32,000 bases of DNA, from assembly GCA_021825365.1 (NCBI GenBank), contig JAKAHR010000002.1, positions 121,639-153,638 on the forward strand, written 5' to 3'. The DNA is from Nitrospirota bacterium. Lineage in GTDB: Bacteria > Nitrospirota > Thermodesulfovibrionia > Thermodesulfovibrionales > UBA6898. The position numbers and the translations under genes were made by a program. Every line of letters starts with the position of its first letter. Position 1 is the stretch's first letter. This document shows, in pieces, positions 25,259-32,000 of this stretch. The notes under the pieces were generated by a model, which saw nothing but the letters and a program-made list of their open reading frames with translations, had not been told where the DNA came from and did not search any database.

Positions 25259-25780
25259 ATGGTCGAGCCCCCCGCAAGAAGGCCCAGCCCCAGGGAAAAA
25301 CATCACGGGACTGCCCGGGTTTCCCCGGCGATACACCTTGTGCTCGCAGCTTTCCTCATCTTCCTGTGTGAAGGAAACCCCTGCGGAGAGGCGTCGGAAA
25401 AGAAAGGGAGCATATCCCCCGGGGGCGAGGTGCGGGAAATCCGGTGGACCCCCACGAGCGAGGGATTATCGGTAGAACGCATTGTAGCGCGGAAGAAGGT
25501 GGTGGTCCCTATCGAGGTCTCGCTCAACGGAAACATCGCAGAAGTAATCTTTATCATTCCTTCAAAATTCAAGGCCTTCGGCATCTCCATGGAACCACAG
25601 GTGGCCGAAGTGAAGAACGGCAAGGCACAAGCAGGGGTTGCGTTTTATATCCTGGAGGGGATGCCGCTCGGCAGGCACAATCTCATCATCGAAATCCTCG
25701 ATGGCCTGACCCGGACCAGGATAGGAAGCGCCACCATCCCCTTTATCCTCCTGCCGTCTGATCTCGAATGTCTTTGCTGA
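25259..25780 (+). CDS. Secreted protein of unknown family, paralogue A, ends in ..LLPSDLECLC
   Basis: ATG 25259 lies 4 nt after the previous stop (the track uses TTG 25244). Basic N-region, then a hydrophobic helix AIHLVLAAFLIFL (signal or anchor). The C-terminal 67 aa align without gaps to the next gene product (23 identities counted by eye). Confidence 0.7.
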   Translation: MVEPPARRPSPREKHHGTARVSPAIHLVLAAFLIFLCEGNPCGEASEKKGSISPGGEVREIRWTPTSEGLSVERIVARKKVVVPIEVSLNGNIAEVIFIIPSKFKAFGISMEPQVAEVKNGKAQAGVAFYILEGMPLGRHNLIIEILDGLTRTRIGSATIPFILLPSDLECLC

Positions 25781-25824
25781 TTGGATCTGCTCTATAAAAA
25801 GGAGAAAGGAAGGTATATACAACC

Positions 25825-26304
25825 GTGAAGAAAATAGGAACTCTTATGGGAGCCGCTATCCTGGCTTCCTTTCTGCTCGCCGGCGTACCATTGATTACTA
25901 CTCATAACAGCAGCGACGGTGCGGTGAAGACCGCCGAGGCGGCTGAGGCACCCTCCACAGACTTCGCGTGGCACCCCAACAGACCGGGGATCAAGCGGGC
26001 GCAGATAGCCCTCGGCAGGGCCTCTACACTTCGCTTCGAGTTCTCCCTCAAGGGAAAAAACGGCACACAGGTGAAATTCGGCTTGCCGAAAAAATATGTG
26101 ACCATGGGCATCAGGATCGACCCCCATGAAGTCCCGGTCAGCGAGGGAAAGGCATCGTCCAAGGCGGTGCTCACCGTGCCACCCGGAATGCCCCTCGGAA
26201 AGTTCGATATCCCCGTGATCGCGGTAGACGCGAAAACAGGAACAGAGCTCGGCAGGGGCGAGATCCCGATCATGCTGCTGCCTGCCGGAGTGGGCGGGTG
26301 TTAA
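25825..26304 (+). CDS. Secreted protein of unknown family, paralogue B, ends in ..LLPAGVGGC (SoxY-like C-terminal Cys tail)
   Basis: GTG 25825 follows an AAAAGGAGAAAGGAAGG SD region. Sec-type signal MKKIGTLMGAAILASFLLAGVPL. It shares the motifs LPKKY, GI.I.P, GKA, GMPLG and IP.(I/M)LLP with paralogue A. Confidence 0.75.
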   Translation: MKKIGTLMGAAILASFLLAGVPLITTHNSSDGAVKTAEAAEAPSTDFAWHPNRPGIKRAQIALGRASTLRFEFSLKGKNGTQVKFGLPKKYVTMGIRIDPHEVPVSEGKASSKAVLTVPPGMPLGKFDIPVIAVDAKTGTELGRGEIPIMLLPAGVGGC

Positions 26305-26331
26305 CCGTGCAATCCAAGGAGGAAGAGCCGT

Positions 26332-27732
26332 ATGGATGACTACGGAGTGCGAGGCTGGTGGGATGCGTGGTACAGGAAATTCTTCAAAGAAAAATGGCCG
26401 CTCTCAATGGCGGCGGTATTCATGGCACTTTCCGGGATAATTGCCTACGGCGTCGCGGTATGGTCCCTGGCCAGGACGGTGGCGGGAAGTAACCCGTACG
26501 ATCAGGCCAAACCGCTCGGCACCTTCCTCGGATTGAAGGAACTCGGCGGTATCATCAACGGCCTTCTGGGCAAGATCGGGCTCCCTCATTACCCCTTTGC
26601 CGGATATACGTGGCCTGATGGCGTGACGATCAACTTCTTCCAGCAATATCCAAATCCCTTGCTCGAACCGACGGCCGGCACGATGCTCGGCATACTCTTC
26701 GGAGGCCTTATCGCCGCCCTCCTGGCGAAGGAGTTCGCCCTGAAGGTACCCTTCGACAGGACCGAGTACAGCCTGGCGGTCGTCGGAGGCATCCTGATGG
26801 GGGTAGGCGCGGTCTTTCAGTTCGGCTGCCCCGTGGTGAGCACCACCAACCTGGGGGCCATGGGCGTACAGGCGATCATCATGGTCATCGGCATGACGAT
26901 CGGCTCCTATTTCGGAGCAAAAATCATCGTCTGGCTCGAAAAAAGAAGGGTTGCGGCGATCGCCTGCGCAGCGGACGGGGCCGGCTACCGGCCGCTGATG
27001 CTTTTTGAAAAGACAAAGACAGTCTGGCCCCGCCTGCCTGACCGGGCCGACGGCGGCGAACCGGCCGGCCTCAGGTATCAGCCGTATCTGGCCGCCTTGC
27101 TTCTGGGGGCGATGGTGCTCATCCTCCTCCGTTTTGCGGGCCTGGGCTACCCTGCTCTTTCGCTCTCCTTTGCCGCAGCCACCCTCACCGGCTTTGCGAT
27201 GCAAAGGGGAGGGATCTGTTTCGCCTACGCATACCGCGAACCGTTTCTCTCGGGATTTTCAGATATGTCGCGGGCGATGGCATTGCTCTACATCCTGCTG
27301 GTGCTCGGCTTCCTGCCGATGAAGCTGCTGGCGACTGCGAATCCTGATCTTGCGTATGCGGAGATTTTCGCGATTAGCCCCGCCGGCATCGGCGTCCTGC
27401 TCGGTTCAATTCTCTTCGGCATCGGCATGGCGCTCAACGGAGCGTGTGTCAGTGACAGCCTCTGGAGGACTGCAGAAGGACAGGTAAAGATCTGGGTGGG
27501 GCTGCTCACCCTCATCTGCGTGTCGTCCTGGATCTTTCCGATGCGCGAGGAGGCATGGTTCAAGAGTATCTTCGCGCCCTATGGCTCGCAGAACATCCGC
27601 GACGTATACCTGCCGGAGATCCTGGGCGGATATCCTGCAGCAGTCGCCTTTGTCATCGGCGTGGTAATTTGCTGGGCCCTGCTGATGACATGGTTCAGCG
27701 GCAGGACTTTCAGAAAATACATGGAGGAATAG
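26332..27732 (+). CDS. Divergent, enlarged YeeE/YedE-like membrane protein
   Basis: 466 aa, polytopic. YeeE-type Cys motifs are recognisable but diverged: GVGAVFQFGCPVVSTTNLG, QRGGICFAYAYREPF, GIGMALNGACVSDSLWRTAEG. It has an extra N-terminal segment and a long hydrophilic loop between the two halves. Confidence 0.7.
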   Translation: MDDYGVRGWWDAWYRKFFKEKWPLSMAAVFMALSGIIAYGVAVWSLARTVAGSNPYDQAKPLGTFLGLKELGGIINGLLGKIGLPHYPFAGYTWPDGVTINFFQQYPNPLLEPTAGTMLGILFGGLIAALLAKEFALKVPFDRTEYSLAVVGGILMGVGAVFQFGCPVVSTTNLGAMGVQAIIMVIGMTIGSYFGAKIIVWLEKRRVAAIACAADGAGYRPLMLFEKTKTVWPRLPDRADGGEPAGLRYQPYLAALLLGAMVLILLRFAGLGYPALSLSFAAATLTGFAMQRGGICFAYAYREPFLSGFSDMSRAMALLYILLVLGFLPMKLLATANPDLAYAEIFAISPAGIGVLLGSILFGIGMALNGACVSDSLWRTAEGQVKIWVGLLTLICVSSWIFPMREEAWFKSIFAPYGSQNIRDVYLPEILGGYPAAVAFVIGVVICWALLMTWFSGRTFRKYMEE

Positions 27733-27816
27733 ACGGGACGCGGGCTGTTCAATCCGATGTCCCCTCACCGTAACGACCGCCGGGTTCCCGGGTCCGGCTA
27801 AACGAAAGGAGGAATA

Positions 27817-28053
27817 ATGGCAACGGAAAGCCATATCGACAGGGAGCTGGATGTGAAGGGGCTCGTCTGTCCAAGGCCAATGGTGATGAGCATGAGTGCG
27901 CTGAAAGCGATGTCACCGGGGCAGGTGTTGAAGATCACGGCGAATGACAGCAGCACGAAACATTCCATTCCGGCCTTGTGCGAACGGGCAGGGTACAAAC
28001 TCGTCGAGCAGACGGAGGAGATGGGAGCTTTCATCTTCATCATCCAGAAATAA
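27817..28053 (+). CDS. tusA: TusA/SirA-family sulfur carrier (canonical CPxP motif)
   Basis: 78 aa. LDVKGLVCPRPMVMSMSALK is the TusA active-site motif. SD AAAGGAGG upstream (27803-27810). Confidence 0.85.
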   Translation: MATESHIDRELDVKGLVCPRPMVMSMSALKAMSPGQVLKITANDSSTKHSIPALCERAGYKLVEQTEEMGAFIFIIQK

Positions 28054-28106
28054 CCCGAAAGCCTGCGGACTGCAGGCCACATTTCACAGACAGGCGGAGG
28101 TAATAT

Positions 28107-29411
28107 ATGCGAAAGAGGCTATTGGAAACAAATAGGGCAAGCCTGGTACTGCTGGCGATCGCCCTGTCACTGATCTCTTTTTCCCTGATTCTCCACGGAT
28201 GTGGAGGAGGCGGCTACGATGCCCCTGCCACAACCCAGACCGTGTCGGCCCTGGTCTCGCCCGAGACCCTCAAGGGCTGGATCGACAACGGGAGCGTAAA
28301 CGGCACGGGATACGACAAGGTCGTCATCCTCGACGTCAATTCCCAGGCAAACTACTCAGCCGGGCATATACCCGGCGCCCAGTTTCTCGATAGCGCGGAC
28401 ATTTATCAGACGAGAAACGAAGGCATCGCCGCTGACGTCAACATGGTCCTTGACGGCAGTCACATGGACGCATTGATCCACAAATACGGCATAGATCGCA
28501 ATACAACGATCGTTTTTACAAGCGGCAACAATGATCCCAAGACAACGCCGTCGTCCATGCTCTCTGCCACCAGGGCCTATTGGACCTTCCGGTACTGGGG
28601 CTTTCCCAAGGAGAGACTCAAGGTAGCCGACGGCATCAACCCCGCATGGTCCGCCGTGTTCGGACTGACTACCGCCCCCTCGCCGGCGATCATCCCCTCC
28701 ACGTACAGCGTAAAGAGCAACGGGCTTCTGCGGAGCGAAGTAAGGGCATCTCTGGCCGAGATGATCAGCCTCGTTGACAGCGGAACTCCCAACGCGCTGA
28801 TCATAGACGGCAGGGGATCAGGCGGCTCGTTTGCAGGCACCCCAGGGTCGACCGCAGGCGTCTTCCCCCCGACCGGAGATTTTGTCGCCTTTGAAGGAAG
28901 GATCAAAGGGGCAAAGGCATTGGGATATACAACGCTCTTTGATTCCGGCAACGGCAACCGCTTCCTCCCGCCGGACCAGCTCGCCGCGAAATTTGCCGCG
29001 ATCGGGCTCGACAGCTCCAAGACCGCCTATGTCCACTGCCGCACCGGCGTCATCGCCTCTGCCCTGTATTTTGCACTCGATGGAATCCTCAACTGGCCAG
29101 CGTCCAACTATGATGCATCCTGGAGCCAGTGGGGGCAGCTTGCAGGAGACCCAACTGACGGCAAACAGATTGACCCGAATTCCCCCTGGAGAACCGACAT
29201 CCCCTCCCGGTCGGAGCTCGTCGTCTACAATGGGGCAAACGGCAAGACCGTCGAGAAGCTCTGTCTGGACGGTTCCGCCGCCACCTGCGCCACGCCGGCG
29301 TCGTTCGATACGGATGCGAACAAGATCGAGGAAGAAGACGCCGCGTATATGAACAGCGGCGGCTCAGCCGGCGGTTCCGGAGGCGGAGGAGGAGGCAAGA
29401 CAGGATGCTAG
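28107..29411 (+). CDS. Tandem-rhodanese (thiosulfate/polysulfide sulfurtransferase-like) lipoprotein with Gly-rich C-terminal tail ending in Cys
   Basis: 434 aa. Signal peptide with lipobox LHG-C (Cys32). The first rhodanese domain lacks the catalytic Cys (VFTSGNND). The second has the active-site loop YVHCRTGVIAS (Cys311, nt 29037-29039). The tail is SGGSAGGSGGGGGGKTGC-stop. Confidence 0.8.
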   Translation: MRKRLLETNRASLVLLAIALSLISFSLILHGCGGGGYDAPATTQTVSALVSPETLKGWIDNGSVNGTGYDKVVILDVNSQANYSAGHIPGAQFLDSADIYQTRNEGIAADVNMVLDGSHMDALIHKYGIDRNTTIVFTSGNNDPKTTPSSMLSATRAYWTFRYWGFPKERLKVADGINPAWSAVFGLTTAPSPAIIPSTYSVKSNGLLRSEVRASLAEMISLVDSGTPNALIIDGRGSGGSFAGTPGSTAGVFPPTGDFVAFEGRIKGAKALGYTTLFDSGNGNRFLPPDQLAAKFAAIGLDSSKTAYVHCRTGVIASALYFALDGILNWPASNYDASWSQWGQLAGDPTDGKQIDPNSPWRTDIPSRSELVVYNGANGKTVEKLCLDGSAATCATPASFDTDANKIEEEDAAYMNSGGSAGGSGGGGGGKTGC

Positions 29412-29467
29412 GGAGCAATGATGCGGAAAGAGCAGAGAACCATTCCATCGTCAAGGAGGAGAATAGC

Positions 29468-30664
29468 ATGATGAGAATTCTAAAATGGGCGTTGCTCCTG
29501 ATGCTTCCGGTTGCCGTCTTCTGCATGGGAGAGCGGGACGCCCTCGCCTTTCAGCCTATCGTGTTTGGTGAAGAAGGGGCCTTTTTGAAAATCGATTATC
29601 AGGGCCAGCTTTACGGCGTGGTGCGTGACACAGGGTCCGGTCCGGACAAGACAGCGGATACGACTGACCTGTTCTTCAGAAGGAACCGTCTGACCTTCTG
29701 GGGACACGGCACCGACAAATACGGGTTTATCGTCCAGCTTGAATATACCGGGGAGAGGAGAGTCGACTCGCTCATCGTCAACGATCAGCCCGGCAAGGAC
29801 TTCAACGTCCTTGACGCCTATTTCATGGCGGACTTTTCGAACAGTTTCCGGGTCTATGCGGGAAAGCAGAAGATACAGCTGACGAGGGAAAACCTCGAAG
29901 ATTGTTTCGAGCCCCTCAGCGTCGACCGTTCCCTCTTCATCTATACGCCGTTCAAGCACAGCAGGGACACCGGACTGGTCGTCTGGGGAAACATCCCCGA
30001 GTTGCTGATGCAATACCGGCTGGCGGTCTCGAAAGGGAAAGATAATGGCGATGAGCCCAAGAGCTCCCTCATGTACACCGGCCGCGTACACGTCTCCCTC
30101 CTGGATCCGGAATACGCATACGGGTACAAGGGGACATATCTCGGGACCAAAAAGACGCTGACCGTGGGCGCAGGCGTTCAGTACGAGCCGGACGCGGTAT
30201 TCAGCGATATCGTCAACAAGACCGGGGGCAAGAACTACTCCGCCTGGACCGTTGATGCCTTTTTCGAATATCCGTTCAAGAATGCCGGTGCCATCACCCT
30301 GTCGGGGGCTTATCTGCAAACGAAATTCGACGAGGCCTTCAAGGGGAACAACCCTGATCCGGAGAGTCTCGGCATCGACGGAGACAAGAAAGGCTGGTAT
30401 CTGAAGGCAGGCTACCTCCTGCCCATGAAGATCGGGTGGGGGCAGGTCCAGCCCTTTGTCCGTTACGAGGACTGGAGTTTCGCCCAGCTGAACAATGTCT
30501 TTGACCAGAAGGTGAAGTGGTTCGGGGCAGGGCTCAACTATCTGATCAACGGACAGAGCCTCAGGATTACCCTCGAATACGCGAAGACGAATTTCGACAA
30601 GGAGCCGAATCCGCAGTCAAAGGATTTCAGCACGGTCACCGCGATGCTGCAGTATCGGTTCTGA
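29468..30664 (+). CDS. Outer-membrane beta-barrel porin, OprO/OprP-like (anion-selective porin family)
   Basis: Start at ATG 29468 (AAGGAGGAG SD). Signal MMRILKWALLLMLPVAVFC..ALA-F. FFRRNRLTFWG motif as in phosphate-selective porins. Alternating beta-strand pattern, with C-terminal ..MLQYRF (terminal Phe). Confidence 0.7.
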   Translation: MMRILKWALLLMLPVAVFCMGERDALAFQPIVFGEEGAFLKIDYQGQLYGVVRDTGSGPDKTADTTDLFFRRNRLTFWGHGTDKYGFIVQLEYTGERRVDSLIVNDQPGKDFNVLDAYFMADFSNSFRVYAGKQKIQLTRENLEDCFEPLSVDRSLFIYTPFKHSRDTGLVVWGNIPELLMQYRLAVSKGKDNGDEPKSSLMYTGRVHVSLLDPEYAYGYKGTYLGTKKTLTVGAGVQYEPDAVFSDIVNKTGGKNYSAWTVDAFFEYPFKNAGAITLSGAYLQTKFDEAFKGNNPDPESLGIDGDKKGWYLKAGYLLPMKIGWGQVQPFVRYEDWSFAQLNNVFDQKVKWFGAGLNYLINGQSLRITLEYAKTNFDKEPNPQSKDFSTVTAMLQYRF

Positions 30665-30695
30665 TGTACTAAGGAATACAGAGTGCTAACCCTCC

Positions 30696-30741
30696 GGTCA
30701 TATGGAGGTAATCATCACCTCCATATGACCCTCTTTTTTTG
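30696..30741 (+). terminator. Rho-independent terminator of the sigma-54 operon
   Basis: GGTCATATGGAGGT-AATCATC-ACCTCCATATGACC is a perfect 14-bp stem followed by CTCTTTTTTTG. It starts 32 nt after the porin stop. Confidence 0.9.
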
Positions 30742-30768
30742 CCTTCCCGTATATGGAGGGGCATTCTA

Positions 30769-30798
30769 TTGCGTATTGGCTGACCTGATACCTATAAT
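30769..30798 (+). promoter_or_regulatory. Sigma-70-type promoter of the Rieske/cytochrome b operon
   Basis: TTGCGT (30769-30774), 18-nt spacer, perfect TATAAT (30793-30798). Confidence 0.5.
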
Positions 30799-30876
30799 AA
30801 AAACAGGGGAGTATTCCGACAACGAGGCTCCATCAATCGGAAACATCTCCGCCATTTCGCCTAACGGAGCGCTGTT

Positions 30877-31266
30877 ATGGGAAACCATAGAGATGAAAGG
30901 GACAAGTCGTTTTATCCGGATTATCTGAGTGAAATCCTTGCAGCGATATTTCTAACGATCTTCACCGTTTTTATCCTCGCCATGGTATATGCGCCATCCA
31001 TTGACAGAGAGATCAACTATGTGTCTGCCTACCACCCGAAACCGGAATGGTACTTTCTCTGGATCTATCAGCTCATCAGGTATTTCCCGGGGGGTTGGGC
31101 CTTCGTCGGGACCGTGCTGATTCCGATTGTTGCAGCAGCTCTTTTCATCGGCATACCCTTTGTCGACCGCGGGACCGTGCGTTCCGGAAGGGCCGCCTCC
31201 TTTTTGTTTGCCCTGCTCTCCGTGTTCTTTCTCGTCCTGACCGTGGTGCCGCTTCTGTGGCCCTGA
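30877..31266 (+). CDS. Cytochrome b C-terminal-domain protein (b6f subunit IV / PetD-like)
   Basis: 129 aa with three TM helices and the KPEWYFLWIYQLIRYFPG motif (the PEWYFL signature of the cytochrome b C-terminal domain). Confidence 0.75.
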   Translation: MGNHRDERDKSFYPDYLSEILAAIFLTIFTVFILAMVYAPSIDREINYVSAYHPKPEWYFLWIYQLIRYFPGGWAFVGTVLIPIVAAALFIGIPFVDRGTVRSGRAASFLFALLSVFFLVLTVVPLLWP

Positions 31267-31283
31267 CAGACGACGTCTTTCCC

Positions 31284-31733
31284 ATGGACAGCAGAAGAGA
31301 TTTCCTGAGGCGTTTCGTGAAATCCGGCTTCGGACTGCTCGCCTTCCTCTTCGGAGCGACATTGCTCAGATTCCTCTATCCGTCACAGGTCCGTACGCGT
31401 CAGCTGCTCTACCATCCCCTGCTCAAGGAAGATGATATCCCGAGGCAGGGTGTCAGAAGGGTCCACCTGACATACGACAAAGGGGAGAAGACAATCACGA
31501 TGCGCCTTTTTCTCGTACATGCAGGGGCCGACATATTCGCGCTTTCCTCCTCCTGCACGCACCTCGGATGTCTGGTGGACTGGTCCCGCCACAAGGAACA
31601 GTTCGTCTGCCCCTGCCATGGCGGGAAATATGATATGCAGGGCAACGTCATGGCCGGTCCGCCTCCTCTCGCCCTTGCGCGGATGCCGTTGAAGATCGAA
31701 AACGGGGTAGTCTACATAGGGATTAAGGAGTAG
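31284..31733 (+). CDS. Rieske [2Fe-2S] subunit with Tat signal
   Basis: Start at ATG 31284 (MDSRRDFLRRFVKSGFGLLAF; the track ORF begins upstream at 31047). Cluster boxes CTHLGC and CPCHGG. Confidence 0.9.
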   Translation: MDSRRDFLRRFVKSGFGLLAFLFGATLLRFLYPSQVRTRQLLYHPLLKEDDIPRQGVRRVHLTYDKGEKTITMRLFLVHAGADIFALSSSCTHLGCLVDWSRHKEQFVCPCHGGKYDMQGNVMAGPPPLALARMPLKIENGVVYIGIKE

Positions 31734-31746
31734 ATTCATGGGAAGA

Positions 31747-32000
31747 CTATTCGACTGGGTCGACAGGCGTTTCAGCCTCAGCACGCCTCACAAGAACTTT
31801 CTGCAGAGGGGCATCCCCGCCCGACTGAGTTATCTCTATTGTCTCGGAGGCATAGCCTTCACCCTGGTTATTTTGCTTGTGCTCACCGGGATGATGCTGA
31901 GCATATACTATGTGCCCTCGGAGGCCGAGGCATTTCAGAGCGTGCTCAGGATAACCCGTGAAGTAAGGCTCGGCGCGCTCATCCGCGGGTTGCACAAGTG
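31747..32000 (+). CDS. Cytochrome b / b6 N-terminal domain protein (partial, runs off the right edge)
   Basis: Absent from the track because no stop lies in the window. ATG 31747 follows AAGGAG. MGRLFDWVDRRFSL...LSYLYCLGGIAFTLVILLVLTGMMLSIYYVPS....RGLHK is a typical cytochrome b N-terminus. Confidence 0.85.

Noticed and set aside
26404-27204. 266-aa antisense ORF within the YeeE-like gene
   Set aside because: It is antisense to a membrane-protein frame with recognisable YeeE motifs. The product is Arg/Gly/Pro/Asp-rich low complexity. The same reasoning rejects 29480-30319(-), 22932-23606(-), 23922-24560(-), 4630-5196(-), 11474-12019(+) and 12351-12926(-).
30683-30928. 81-aa ORF between the porin and the PetD-like gene
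   Set aside because: It runs straight through the 14-bp terminator stem and the TATAAT promoter. It has no SD, and its product translates the palindrome (GGNHHLHMT).
31047-31283. Upstream extension of the Rieske ORF overlapping the PetD-like gene
   Set aside because: The Tat signal MDSRRDFL marks the real N-terminus at 31284. The extension is an off-frame read of the PetD-like gene. Likewise, 21740-21877 is an off-frame read of yeeE ahead of tusA.
1-32000. Looked by eye for CRISPR arrays, IS elements, integrases, phage genes, toxin-antitoxin pairs and defence-system hallmarks
   Set aside because: I saw no regularly spaced direct repeats, no transposase, integrase or recombinase-like ORFs, and no terminal inverted repeats. 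The palindromes found are short regulatory-type sites. The window looks like core chromosome rather than an island.

Overview
Dense, GC-rich chromosomal window of about 40 genes. I recognised no transposase, integrase or CRISPR array. The host is a diderm bacterium, judged from lnt, a lipobox lipoprotein, an outer-membrane porin and sigma-54 machinery. Left third: prfB (with its programmed +1 frameshift, missed by the ORF track) and lnt, tRNA-Phe, rtcA, a ThiF/MoeB-type E1 and a Tat-exported molybdenum-hydroxylase cluster (2Fe-2S subunit, Mo subunit, XdhC, MocA). It continues with an orphan helical protein, a GGDEF cyclase, a Tat-DUF362 plus NapH-like polyferredoxin pair and a DUF1499 membrane protein. 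Middle: a perfectly palindromic parS, then a tightly coupled six-gene operon: parA, parB, THEP1-like NTPase, NamZ (DUF1343), a MurU-LbH-AmgK fusion and UPF0158. A pseudo-receiver PilZ protein and a bacterial archaemetzincin follow. Right third, the most interesting part: the operon yeeE, tusA, a soluble Cys-rich PAS histidine kinase and an NtrC-type sigma-54 activator. After it comes a textbook sigma-54 promoter with an upstream 14-bp inverted repeat, driving a seven-gene operon. Those genes are a 59-aa membrane peptide, two paralogous secreted proteins of unknown family ending in a C-terminal Cys (SoxY-like GGC tail), a divergent YeeE, a second TusA, a tandem-rhodanese lipoprotein with a poly-Gly tail ending in Cys, and an OprO/P-like anion porin. 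A strong intrinsic terminator closes the operon. I interpret this as an undescribed, sigma-54-regulated, envelope-spanning sulfur-trafficking system. The same 13-nt half-site occurs upstream of both operons. The window ends in a Rieske/cytochrome b operon with an unusual gene order. All family assignments rest on motifs read by eye; no database search was possible.
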